This document shows, in pieces, positions 42,001-54,170 of a stretch of 64,000 nt of DNA. The notes under the pieces were generated by a model that saw only the letters and a program-made list of their open reading frames with translations, had not been told where the DNA came from and ran no database searches. Both the position numbers and the translations under genes were made by a program. The DNA is from Flaccisagitta enflata (lineage: Eukaryota), in the NCBI GenBank assembly GCA_965153355.1, contig OZ231126.1, forward strand, positions 12,586,001 through 12,650,000. The letters are read 5' to 3'. Every line of letters starts with the position of its first letter. Position 1 is the first letter of the stretch.

Positions 42001-42741
42001 GAGAAGGAGGAAAGAAAAGATCGAATCGCGAGAAGTTTGATCAGATGCGAGGTGAGTCCGAGTTTGATATTGGGCGTAGTTCTACTGACGAAAACAAACG
42101 CGTTCCTCCCTCCTCCTTGTTATTCGCGATATCAGCGTGAACTCATATGCATGAATTTCAACTGTTCCACGAGTGAGCGAGCTAAGTGAGTGAGCGAGCT
42201 AAGTGAGTGAGCGAGCTAAGTGAGTGAGCGAGTGAGTGAGCTTAGCGAGGAGCGAGCTAGCCAGTGAATGGAGCGAGCCAGCTGAAGCGGAGCGCTGTAT
42301 CACCTATGAAAGGTTTTCTTCTAATGAATCTCAATATCTCTTCCTTATTCCCCCCCCCCTCATTCTCAACAGGCGGCATTAGCGGGATTAGACATGGATT
42401 TGGACTTGATCTTGTATCCTTCATCCTTGGAAGAGTTGGTCGACGGCGTTGAATCGACCTTTCAACCGCATCTCCGCCAATTAGCCACGCCTTCGCCTTC
42501 CGCCGCCATTCGAAATCTCGCCGCCAAAGAACATTCCAAAGCCTTGAAACTGGCTCGTGAACCGTGGACCAAACTGCTCCAAGATGATGAGGAAGATGAA
42601 GAAGAGGGGGAAGAGGATGAGGATGACGACGATTTCTACTCTCAAAGGAAACTGGATGTGCTGACTGAGAAGAAATTGAGGGAGAGTCCTCATTGGAAGC
42701 ATTTGGCGTGGACATTGGATCATAATGAAGCCACTTTGTGA
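39004..42741 (+). CDS. IQCB1: IQ calmodulin-binding motif protein 1 (NPHP5), 5 exons, one +1 frame break in exon 1
   Basis: Exons 39004-39592, 40375-40494, 40776-40939, 41178-42051, 42373-42741 with GT-AG introns and matching phases. Motifs SEDFLRIL, FLDELSFKV, YEGLGTLV, three IQ motifs (IQKTWRAHQTRR, IQALWKGWKTRR, LQSHWRSW), MRQSRE and C-terminal EHSKALKLAREPWTKL are colinear with IQCB1 as I recall it. Confidence 0.88.
39855..40039 (+). mobile_element. Short HINE-like element (family A) in IQCB1 intron 1
   Basis: T-run, palindrome agtcgcgtgcacgcgact, (ggtc)n, 3' cacgcga..ggtagccgtgtatccggccttgtt. Related copies or fragments at about 8700-8830, 12088, 15111, 15456-15591, 17170-17235 (reverse), 19210-19505, 25528-25733, 28262-28452, 47985-48030 (reverse). 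Confidence 0.8.
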
Positions 42742-43012
42742 TCTGCATCTTGTGGGTATAAATTCCCTAAATTTTGTTGAAGCCATTACTAGAATGATTA
42801 GATAGTCAAGCACTCATGTGATATATATATTATTGATTTCTTACTCTGCAATGCCACGGAGTAAGTTGCCTTATCTGCCCATCACTCAAACTCTTAGTCA
42901 AGGATTCACCTCTCACCGCATCATTTTATTACTCATTTCCAAATCCAGCTTTCAGGTTTCAAATAAAAAATATTTCTCTAGCCCACAAAAACCCTTAAAA
43001 ATCGTAAAAAAA

Positions 43013-43718
43013 ATGTTGAAGGTTGAGGTTTGCGCGTTTTCCGGGTTAAAGATCTACCCTGGACACGGAAAGCGTGTCACAAGAGCGGACGGCAAGACTC
43101 AGATCTTCCTCAACTCTAAATGCGAGAGGAATCATGCGCTCAAACGGGAGAGGAATCATGCGCTCAAACGTAATCCCAGAAAGGTAAGGGGGGGGGGGTG
43201 GTTAGGGCGAAGTTTGGGGATCAAATATATGTTGAAAGGGGTATGGTGAAGGGGGGGGGGAAGAGAAAATGCATCAGATAGTGACTGACAAGTATTCTTT
43301 CATACAGTTAAAACATGATCAACCCTGGATGTTTGATTAATTTTCATGGTTAACGCTGTTTATAAAGTTGTTGAGGAGTAGTTGGGGCAAATTTGGGAGA
43401 TAGAATGTATATAGAATGGGGTGTGAGGGGGGGGAATGATAGAGGATTTCACGAGACTGACAAAAAATCGCTCACACAATACAAATATCTATGGTTGATC
43501 ACGCTCAAGTACTGATTACCGCGCTGTTGATATAATATTTGCTATCAGATCAACTGGACGGTGTTGTACCGCCGAAAGCACCGCAAAGGCATGGTCGAAG
43601 AGGCTGCCAAGAAGAGGACGAGGAGAACGCAGAAGTTCATGAGAGCCGTCACTGGCGCCACCCTGGCTGACATTATGGCCAAGAGAAATCAAAAACCCGA
43701 AGTCAGACAGGCTCAAAG
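43013..43718 (+). CDS. RPL24: 60S ribosomal protein L24 (eL24), exons 1-2; terminal exon not found in window
   Basis: Exon 1 43013-43183 ([21 protein letters not shown]...FLNSKCE...KRNPRK, donor gtaagg). Exon 2 43549-43718 ([14 protein letters not shown]...[36 protein letters not shown], donor gtaaga). Confidence 0.95.
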
Positions 43719-44370
43719 GTAAGAAACAGTCACTGGCGCCACCCTGGCTGACATAATGGCCAAGAGAAATCAAAAACCCGAAGGAAGACAGGCTCAAAGG
43801 TAAGAGACAGTCACTGGCGCCACCCTGGCTGACATTATGGCCAAGAGAAATCAAAAACCCGAAGTCAGACAGGCTCAAAGGTAAGAGACATTCACTGGCG
43901 CCCCCTTGGCTGACATTATGGCCAAGAGAAATCAAAAACCCGAAGTCAGACAGGCGCAAAGGTAAGAGACAGCCACTGGCGCCACCCTGGCTGACATTAT
44001 GGCCAAGAGAAATCAAAAACCCGAAGTCAGACAGGCTCAAAGGTAAGAGACAGTCACTGGCGCCACCTTGGCTGACATTATGGCCAAGAGAAATCAAAAA
44101 CCCAAAGTCAGACAGGCTCAAAGGTAAGAGACAGTCACTTGCGCCACCTTGGCTGACATTATGGCCAAGAGAAATCAAAAACCCGAAGTCAGACAGGCTC
44201 AAAGGTAAGAGACAATCACTGGCGCCACCTTGGCTGACATTATGGCCAAGAGAAATCAAAAACCCGAAGTCAGACAGGCTCAAAGGTAAGAGACAGTCAC
44301 TGGCGCCACCTTTGCTGACATTATGGCCAAGTGAAATCAAAAACCCGAAGTCAGACAGGCTCAAAGGTAA
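43648..44370 (+). repeat. 81-bp tandem array derived from the RPL24 exon 2 3' end plus splice donor (9 copies including the genic one)
   Basis: caaag|gtaa donors at 43719, 43800, 43881, 43962, 44043, 44124, 44205, 44286, 44367 (exact 81-bp period); copies differ by a few substitutions. Confidence 0.97.
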
Positions 44371-45588
44371 AATGTTGAATTTGGAGAAGTTTCTCACATG
44401 TATGGTAAAATAGTTCAATCCGATGCTTCAGAGAATGGAGACTGCTTGATGCATGGAGACGTGGAGACTGGTTGATGCTTTGAGAAATGAAGAGACTGGT
44501 TGATGCTTAAGGAAATGGTAACCATCTCTCTCCTCTTTAACCACCTCACCTGGCAAAGAATCGCATTTTGCCACGTTAGGTATCGACAAACAAAATCTTA
44601 ATTGTCCTTAATGCGTAAACAACAAATTGTGTATATTGTCCTTTGTAAAATACCGCGTAGAACACGATCTTCAACTATCAAAATACCTATGCGCTGATGT
44701 AGCCAAGGGATGATCGGTCCGTTGGTCGCTGCGTCACGACCGCGCCAACCCACTCGATGCCACGCCACGCGCTACGCCAACAACGACGCTCGATGCAAAG
44801 TCAACAAAACGCTTCTCGTCATCAAAGTATCTTGAGCTTTCGTTGTCGCCATCATCATATCTTCTACAATTGAAAGGGGTATAAAAACGCTGAAATAGAT
44901 AGGAAAAGGGAGAGGGGAGAAGAGAAGAAAAGGGTTAACCTATCAATCTGAATAACTCAATAACTCACATACTGAACAACTAAATAACTAAATTAAACAT
45001 CACCAACCGACCAACTGACCAACCAACCAAGCTGACCAACTGACCAACCAACCGAGTCCAACCACAACTCACCAGGTAAGGAAACGCACCCCAAGATTGA
45101 CCATGAATGAAGAGCGAATTACATTATCACTGATCTAAAGAAAGAAAAATCAGCAATAATATAAATCCACAAAATGGGCAACAAACAGGGCGAATCAAAG
45201 AAATATGCAGCTACAAATAATCACAAAACTAGTACAATTCAGTGCGATATTCCACAGTCCGCCCGTTTGAAGCCCACTTCAAACCAGTCAAACTCAGTAC
45301 ATTGTCCCACCTCAAGAAAAAACAACAACTCCCACCTGTAAATGACGGAAAAAACGGACGGACGGACGGACAGCGGGAACAGCCCGCTAACGCCGAAAAG
45401 ACGGCGGCGGGCCCCCGCGCCGTCCATCACCACCCCGATCGGAAGAGCGGGAAGGCCTCCATGCAGCAGGGGAAGAAGTCGCCAACGGCTCCTCAACCCG
45501 CTCACCACTGCGCGACCGGTCCCCCGCATGCCGCATACCAGAAGCAAACGCCAACGCAATCTGCATCTCTTGCTTGGATAAGGTAGAA

Positions 45589-48500
45589 CGGTCTTACGCA
45601 CGTGTCCTGAAAAGTCGATAAAATATTGGCAGAGATACACTATTCTTAAAATTGGTACCAATGTGTCCGGAATAACTCCCTCTAGCACACTGAACACTTT
45701 TTTGGCCCAAAAAATGTGTGGCTGCATATTACAAAACTCAAATGGCTGTTTTATTATTTTTGCCTTTGACCCTGAAAACCACTGTAAAAAGTATTCAACA
45801 TCTCAAATTCAGTATTTGCTGTGTAGCTTCGCATTCCACCCATCACAGAAAATGACAACCTGGAAAAAATTCTAGGCACCTATAATGGCCCAAAATTGAT
45901 TTTTCGACACTACCAAACACAGAAAAAAAGGGCTTTCCCATGCTTAAACTAGTCCGATTGTCATAAAATTTGAACTGAAGCTTCTCAACTTCCACTGCTA
46001 GTACCCTTTAAAATTTTATGACAATCGGAGCAAGTTAAGATGCCTAAATTGGACCTCAAAGTCCAAAAAATGAAATTTCAAAATCGAAAAAAATTGACTT
46101 TTAGGCTGTAACAATGTCAATGTATGGCAAAAATGAATAAACCATGACCCAAAAACTGATCGCCAGGTTGATGGTGAACTCAAACACAAAGATCAGCTCT
46201 TGTTTTGCATTCCTGGCGCCCCTCCCAAAAAAATGAACAAAGTGTTGTCACTCAAAAACTGGCCTTTTTGGCTATTTTTTGAGGTTTTGACCCTAAAATC
46301 ACATCATAAAGGGTCCAAATAACTTGAAATTGACATTGAAATTGAACATTTACATGTAACTGCATCCTATTCATCATTCTCAGAAAAAAGGTTACAATTT
46401 TAAAAATTTTGGGTACCTATAATGGCCCAAAATTGATTTTTTGACACTTCAGCCAAACACAGGGAAAAGTGATTCTTTCATGCTTAAACTAGAATCATTG
46501 TCATACTTGAACTAGCTTCACAATCTTCATTTCAAAGTACATAAAATTTCATGACAAGCAGTTAAGATGCCTAAACACTCAAAGTCCAAAATGATGCCTG
46601 AAATTAAAAATAATTGACATTAGTTAAATAATGACATGCAGGCAAAATAAACATGATTTTAAAATGACTGAGTTGATGGTGAATTAAAACACAACACGCT
46701 TGTTTGTGCTTTTGGTGCCTGTGGCCGAACAGTGTTGTCAATTGTAACTGTCTTTTGCTATTTTGTTTTGACCCCAAAATCACATCATAAAGGGTCCAAA
46801 TAACTTGAAATTGACATTGAAATTGAACATTTACATGTAACTGCATCCTATTCATCATTCTGAGAAAAAAAAATGACAATTTTGAATATTTTAGGTACCT
46901 ATAATGGCCCAAAATTGATTTTTTGACACTACCAAACACAGAAAAAAAAGGGCTTTCCCATGGTTAAACTAGTCCAATTGTCATTAAATTTGAACTGTAG
47001 CTTCTCAACTTCCACTGCTAGTCCCCCATGAAATTTATGACAATCGGAGCATGTTAAGACGCCTATATTGGAGGTCAAAGTCCAAAAATGAAATTTGAAA
47101 ATAAAAAATAATCGACTTAGGTTGTAACAATGTCAATGTATGGTGAAAATGACTAAACCATGACCACTAAAACTGATCTTGAGGTTTATGGTGAAATAAA
47201 AAAAAATATCAGCCCTTGTTTTGCATTCCTGCCCCCCCCCCAAAAAAAAACAACAACAAGCTGTTGTCACTCAAAAACTGATATTTTTGGATATTTTTTG
47301 AGGTTTTGACACTGAAAACCACACCAAAAAGGGTCCAAATAACTTTAATTTGAGCATTTACATCTAACTGCATCTTATTCATCATTCTCAGAAAAGAAAA
47401 CGACAATTTTGAAAATTTTAGGTACCTATAATGGCCCAAAATTGTTTTTTTGACACTACCAAACTCAGAAAAAAAGGGCTTTCCCATGCTTAAACTAGTC
47501 AGATTGTTAAAAGATTTGAGATATATCTTCTAAACCGCCACTGCTGATACCACAGAAAGTTTTATATGACAATCAGACCTATAATTGTAGTAGATGATGT
47601 AATTCATAGTATTTAACAGAGACACTTAAAAAAGACATCATTTACCGGAGCCAGAGGTGCAATGGGGACGCGTAGTCAAAGCCCTCATTAGACAAATATA
47701 TCAATAGTCAGATTTACTCAACTTTTTGTTTGAAAGTACTTTTTAGTGGAATCATTCATATTGGTTGTGAAATATCAAATATGTGTGGACACGCCACAGC
47801 TTTAGTAAGTCAGTCAGTCCTTCAGTCAGCCAGTCTCATAGTGGTATATCATTTTCATCGTTTAAGAGCTTTTCAAGCATCAATACCTCTTTTTTAATGC
47901 CAAAGTGGAGGTCTACTCTATTTCACCAGTATGGTTACCATTTATGAATCCTGGTGAATCATTCAGCCATTTTCAACTTCAAAGGCTGGATACACGGCTT
48001 CAGGGCTACCCGTCGCATACCGGTGGGCAGGGGCCGTGATGCAAAAGGCATCAAAATTTTCAGAGGAGTCATTCTTTTTTCTGTGAATGATGAACAGGAT
48101 GTAGTTACATGATAATGTCGAATTTGAAAGTATTTGGACTCTTTTTGGTGTGGTTTTCAGGGTCAAAACCATAGAAAATAGCCTAAAATCCCAGTTTTCG
48201 TGTGACAACAACTTGTTTGTTTGTTTTTTTTTTTGGGCAGGAATGCAAAACAAGGGCTGATATTTTTTTTAGTTTACCATCAACCTCAAGATCAGTTTTT
48301 GGGTCATGGTTTAGTCATTTTCGCCATACATTGACATTGTTACAACCTAAAAGTCGATTATTTTTGATTTTCAAATTTCATTTTTAGACTTTGACCTCCA
48401 ACATAGGCGTCTATAACCCACTTTTCGGTCGGTCCGTCGGTCCGTCGGTCGGTCGGTCGGTCGGTCGGTCGGTCGGTCCGTCGCTGTAAGGTTTTGTGCT

Positions 48501-50597
48501 ATTGCGTTTTTTTTGCCTCTGAATAGTATAAAAGTAACTTGGACAAGTAAACAATACGTCCCGTGTAGCGCCCCAAACTTGGACTGAGAAACTCACCAAT
48601 CTTACCACAGTTGAGGCTTGCTAAAAAAACATTCCATGCAAAATTTTGGGCCTCTGAGATAGCAGGAACCTTTGACAGGGTGAGGTTGAAGTTTGTACTG
48701 AATTAGTATTGAATCAATATTTCTATTATGCAATTTTGTCTCTGCCATAATTTCTATGAAACTTCATGGTCACCCTGACAAGTTGTTCCTGTTCCAGAGG
48801 CCTGAAATTTTGCATAGGATGTTTTTTTACCAAGCCTCAACCATGGTAAGATTGGTGAGAGTCAGCGTCGAAGTTTGGGTGGGCGGTCTATGGATCGAGT
48901 AAACAACTATTTCCCAAATGTCTTTGAAAAAAATTTTTTTTGAGTTTACCATCAACCTCAAGATCAGTTTTTGGGTCATATTTTAGTCATTTTCGCCATA
49001 CATTGACATTGTTACAACCTATAAGTCGATTATTTTTGATTTTCAAATTTCATTTTTGGACTTTGACCTCCAATATAGGCGTTTTTATTTGCTCCGATTG
49101 TCATAAAATTTTATGGGGTACTAGCAGTGGAAGTTGAGAAGCTCTAGTTCAAATTTTGTGACAATCGGACTAGTTTAAGCATGGGAAAGCCCTTTTTTTC
49201 GGTGTTTGGTAGTGTCAAAAAATCAATTTTGGGCCATTATAGGTACCTAAAATTTTTAAAATTGTCATTTTTTTCTTAAAATGATGAATAGGATGCTACT
49301 CATACAAATACCCAATTTCAAAGGAGTCAGACTTTTTTGATGTGATTTGAGGTCAAAACCTCAAAAAATAGCCAAAAATGCCAGTTTTTGAGTGACAACA
49401 CTTTGTTCATTTTTTTGAGGGGCGCCAGGAATGCAAAACAAGAGCTGATATTTGTGTTTTAGTTCACCATCAACCTGAAGATCAGTTTTTTGGTCATGGT
49501 TTAGTCATTTTTGCCATACATTGACATTGTTACAACCTAAAGTCAATTATTTTTGAATTTCAAGTTTCATTTTTGTACTTTGAGGTCCAATTTAGGCATC
49601 TTAACTTGCTCCGATTGTCATGAAATTTTAATGTGGCACTGGCAGTGGAAGTTGTGAAGCTACAGTTCAAATTTTATGACAATCGGACTAGTTTAAGCAT
49701 GAGAAAGTCCTTTTTCCTGTGTTTGGTAGTGTCAAAAAATCAATTTTGGGCCATTATGGGTACCCAAAATTTCAAGAGTGTCATTTTTTTTTCTGAGAAT
49801 GATCAATAGGATTCGGTTACACGTGAATGCCCAATTTTAAGTTATTTGGACCCTTTATGATGTGATTTTAGGGTCAAAACCTCAAAATATAGCCAAAAAT
49901 GCCAGTTTTCGAGTGACAACACCTTGTTTTTTTTTTTTTGGGGGAGGGCCAGGAATGCAAAACAAGGGCTGATATTTTTTTTTAGTTCACCATCAACCTG
50001 AAGATCAGTTTTTGGGTCATGGTTTAGTCATTTTTGCCATACATTGACATTGTTACAGCCTAAAAGTCGATTTTTTCGATTTTGAAATTTCATTTGACTT
50101 TGAGGAATTCAATTTAGGCATCTTAACTTGCTCTCCGATTGTCATAAAATTTTATGGGGTACTAGCAGTGGAAGTTGAGAAGCTTTAGTTCAAATTTTAT
50201 GACAATCGGACTAGTTTAAGCATGGGAAAGCCCTTTTTTTCTGTGTTTGGTAGTGTCGAAAAATCAATTTTGGGCTATTATAGGTGCCTAGAATTTTCAA
50301 AATTGTCATTTTTTTTTCTGAGAGTGATGAATTGGATGCAGGTACACGTAAATACCCAATTTGAAGATATTTGGATACTTTTTGATGTGGTTTTCAGGGT
50401 CAAAACCTTAAAAAATAGCCTAAAATGGCCATTTTTTGAGGTTTTTTTTGTAACTATTTTTTTTGGCCCATTTTTTGGGCCAAAAAAGTGTTCAGTGTGC
50501 TAGAGGGAGTTATTCCGGACACATTGGTACCATTTTTAAGAATAGTGTATCTCTGCCAATTTTTTATCGACTTTTCAGGACCCGTGCGTAAGACCGG
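45589..50597. mobile_element. 5-kb foldback element with modular arms
   Basis: About 120-bp near-perfect terminal inverted repeats (cggtcttacgcacg.gtcctgaaaagtcgataaaa...), TTAA on the right. About 480-540-bp units run forward in the left arm and reverse in the right arm. Confidence 0.88.
48565..48890. mobile_element. Palindromic MITE nested in the foldback centre
   Basis: ctcaccaatcttacca..gttgaggcttg / caagcctcaaccatggtaagattggtgag; a half copy lies at about 14475-14601. Confidence 0.75.
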
Positions 50598-50730
50598 TTA
50601 ACTCTCACTCTCTGTCTTCGTCGCTCTGTCTCTTTGTCTCTTTCAATCTCTCTGTCTGCCTGTCTTTCTTTCTCTCTGTCTCTCTGTCTCTCTGTCTCTC
50701 TGTCAAGCTGTCTCTCTCTGTCTCTCTCTA

Positions 50731-50818
<88 letters not shown>

Positions 50819-51689
50819 AAATAGTACCCAGATGTTGTGTTCTCAGTTTTAGTGTGGATGAATATATGTAATATTTTGGGTGAGAAGCTGAAGAGCAGGT
50901 GGCATGTTGGTGACGTTTATGATAACAAATTATTATCACCCAAAGTTGAGGCTTCTTTTCCTTCCCAAATTTTTATGGATGCCTCAATTCTATCTTGTCA
51001 TCTGAGTTGATTTGGGGTGACATTCGATCTTTTACTAGCTCTGACAGCTTTATATAGATCCTTTATCTCTCTCTGATATATCGCCTCCCATTCACACAAC
51101 ATTCTTTTTTCTTTCAAGATGCGATTATGTATGATATGGTATGAAGATGATATGATTTTTAAGGTGCCTGGAGGGCCTCTCATCTTAAAAAATGAAGGAA
51201 GCATATAGGAACGCAGCAAAACACGGAAACATTACAAAAAATAAATACAAGAAATAACAGTAAGAAAAAAGTCATGCAAATAGATAGTCGACTCGTTGTT
51301 CTAATTGAGCGATCACTCAATTTTGAATCATATACTTTTAACTTTTTATTTCAGTGTTTCTGTAAACAACCCATCCAATTGGGCATTGTTAACAGGTTAT
51401 GGCCAAGCAACTTGTGTGATTAGAAGAATACATAAAATATGAACAACGGTAAAGTGCAGTTTTTGCAGTCTGATCTAAAGACAAATAAGAAAAATAAGGC
51501 CAAGAAGGCCAGAAGGTGCGCCGTGTGGATTACGTTGATTCAACCTGAAAAAATCTCAAATTCCGTCATGCTTCAGACGCTCCATCAATTAGACATGGCA
51601 AACTGAATTGAAAATTTAAACCTTGCAGTCTTAGCATGACGGAACCCTTAGGCGCGGTGAGACCTATGTTTGAGCTGAAGATAAGAAAG

Positions 51690-52650
51690 GGGCTGGGATT
51701 AGGTTATTGAGGCTAGGATTAAATTTCTGAGGCAGGGACTAGGTTGCTACCTGGATAAGGTCTCTGAGGCTGGCATTAGGTTGCTTAAGCCGGGATTAGG
51801 TCAGTGAGGCTGGGAAATGGTCAGTGAGGCTAAGATAAGTTGACTTGTTGAAAGCAGGATTAGGTTGCTGAGACTGGCATTAAGTTGCTGAGACTGGGAT
51901 TAGGTTTCTAAGGCTGGCATTAAGTTGGATTAGGTTGCTGAAACAGGAATTAGGTCGCAAACGCAGGTATTAGGTTGCTAAGGTCACTATTAGGATGTTG
52001 AGGCTATAAGGTTGCTATAAGGTTGCTAGGGCTATTATTAGGTTGCTGATGCTGGTATTAGGTCGTTGATGTTAGGATAAGGTCTCTGAGGCTGGCATTA
52101 TGTTGCTTAGGCCAGTATTAGGTCGCTGAGGCCATCATTAGGTCGCATAGGCTTAGATTAAGTTGCTGATGCCCCAATTACACTGCTGAGGCCCAGATCA
52201 GGTTGCTGAGGCTAAGAGTAGGTTGCTGGGACCCAGATTAGGTTGCTGAGGCTAAGAGTAGGTTGCTGAGACCCAGATTAGGTTGCTAAGTCCCAGATTA
52301 CGTCGCTTAGGCCCACAAGACCCCAAATAAGGCCTCTCAGACCCCAAATTAGGCCACTCAGACCCCAAACTAGACCTCACAGGCCTTTCAGACCCCAAAT
52401 CAGCCCACTCAGACCCAAAACTAGACCTCTCAGACTTCAAATTAGGCTTCTCAGACATATCAAGACTCTCAGACCCCAAACCAGGCCGCTCAGATCCCAA
52501 ATCAGTCCACTCTAACCAAAAATCAAGCCAGTCAGACCCAAAATTAGGCCTCTGAAACCTCATGTCAAGCCTTTGGACTCAATATTACCTCTCAGACCCA
52601 AAATCGAGCCTTTCAGACCCTAAATCATGCCTCTCAGATCCTACATTAGA
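51690..52650. repeat. Two abutting minisatellites (20-bp ttaggttgctgaggctggga; about 21-bp tcagaccccaaattaggcc)
   Basis: Visible periodicity; switch point at about 52310. Confidence 0.85.
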
Positions 52651-52887
52651 CCTTAAGACTCAAAACCCTCCCTCTCAGCCCTCAAAACCAGCTTCTCATC
52701 ATCTCATTCCCAAATATGCAAACTTAGGGGCCCCTTACAGAACCTACTATGGAAAAATTGTAACAAATTTGACTGAGCAATGTTCCAAAATCCTCTGTTT
52801 GAAATATTCACATTTTAGCAAAAATACAGATGTGTTCCTATGGCAGCCGCCCAAAATGGAAAATGAAACATCCTTCTGTTTGTTTTT

Positions 52888-54170
52888 AGGCAGTGGCCCC
52901 GAAGGGGACAAAGTCCTGAAGAACACAGGGAGAATCTGTCCGTCTGTACGTACATCCGTACATCCATCCCCCCTATCTTCATTGTTTTTTCAAGCCCTAT
53001 TCTGACCAAAATTCTGCTAAATAGCCCAAATCCAAGCAACATGGCCCAAATCTAAGCAAAATAGCCCAAATCCAAGCATAATGGCCCAAATTCAAGCAAA
53101 GTGGCCCAAATCTAGCCAGAAAACCCCAATTCTGGTCCGAGGTCCATCATTTCTGACCCAAATTCTGCTAAATAGCCCAAATCCAAGCAATATGACCTAA
53201 ATCTAAGCAAACGTCCCAAATCCAAGCATAATTGCCCAAATTCAAGCAAAAAGGCCCAAATCTAGCCAGAAAACCCCAATACTAGGTCCATCATATTGGC
53301 CCCTTAGATCTATGTTGTGGCCTCCAATATCTAGGTTCTGACCAGATTTAGCTTGAATTTGAGCCATTATGCTTGGATTTAGGCCATTTTTGGGCTTTTT
53401 GGCAGAATGGATGGACAGACGGATGGATGGATGGGCAGATTTTCCCTGTGTTTTATAGGACTTTGTCCCCTTCAGGGCCGCTGCCCTGCTCCCCTTCAAC
53501 ATAAATCAAACACTACTCAAGTAGGGCAAGGGTACCGCTGACCATTTACTGCCTTTGGGCTGCTATTTCTTTTTGGGTAGCGGCCCCGAAGGGGACAAAG
53601 TCCTGTAGAATACAGGGGGAATCTGTCCATTTGTCCATCTGTACATTTGCCAATCCCCCCCCCTCATCCTCAGGGCTCCTTCTTTGGGGCCTCTTCTTAC
53701 CTAAATTCTGCCAAATAGCCAAAATCTAAGCAATATAGCCGAAATCAAAACAAAATGGCCCAAATAAAAACACAATGGCCCAAATACAAGCAAAATGGCC
53801 AAAATCTAAACCATAAAATCCCAATTCAGGCCTGAGGTCCATCAATTTGGCCCTTTAGACCTTTATTGTAGCCTCCAATACCTACCAATACCGACCAGAC
53901 TTGGGCCATTTTACTTGGATTTGGCCCATTTTGCTTGGATTTGGCCCATTTTGCTTAGATTTGGCCCATTTTGCTTGGATTTGGGCCATATTGCTTGGAT
54001 TTGGGCTATTTGGATGGACAGACAGACAGATTCTCCCCCCCCCCCGTGTTCCACAGGACTATGTCCCCTTCAAGGCCGCTGCCCTGCTCCCCCTCAACCT
54101 AAATCATATGCTAAGTACTCAAGCAGGGCATGGGAACCGCTCACCATTTTCTGCCTTTGGGCTGCTATTT
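52888..54170 (+). mobile_element. Two tandem HINE-like family B elements (52888-53567, 53575-54170)
   Basis: gggcagcggccccgaaggggacaaagtcctgtagaa type start, its inverted copy near the end, tail agggcaagggtaccgctgaccat; interior 20-bp ggcccaaatccaagcaaaat repeats in inverted arms. Confidence 0.8.

Noticed and set aside
43434-43520. Box C/D snoRNA in RPL24 intron 1
   Set aside because: Two CTGA motifs are present but the C box is imperfect (atgatag), and I could not match a guide to rRNA; needs snoscan/Infernal.
43648-44370. CRISPR-like regularity (also 31340-32075 and the 21-bp arrays)
   Set aside because: No unique spacers, no cas genes, eukaryotic intron-containing context.
43516-44418. 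300-aa minus-strand ORF with a 27-aa repeat
   Set aside because: It is the antisense reading of RPL24 exon 2 and its 81-bp array; one stop-free unit makes the whole array open.
45365-45586. QREQPANAEK... as a garbled RPL24 exon 3
   Set aside because: Only QREQ matches; the nearby AG gives the wrong phase, there is no pyrimidine tract, and no K-rich/GGKR end.
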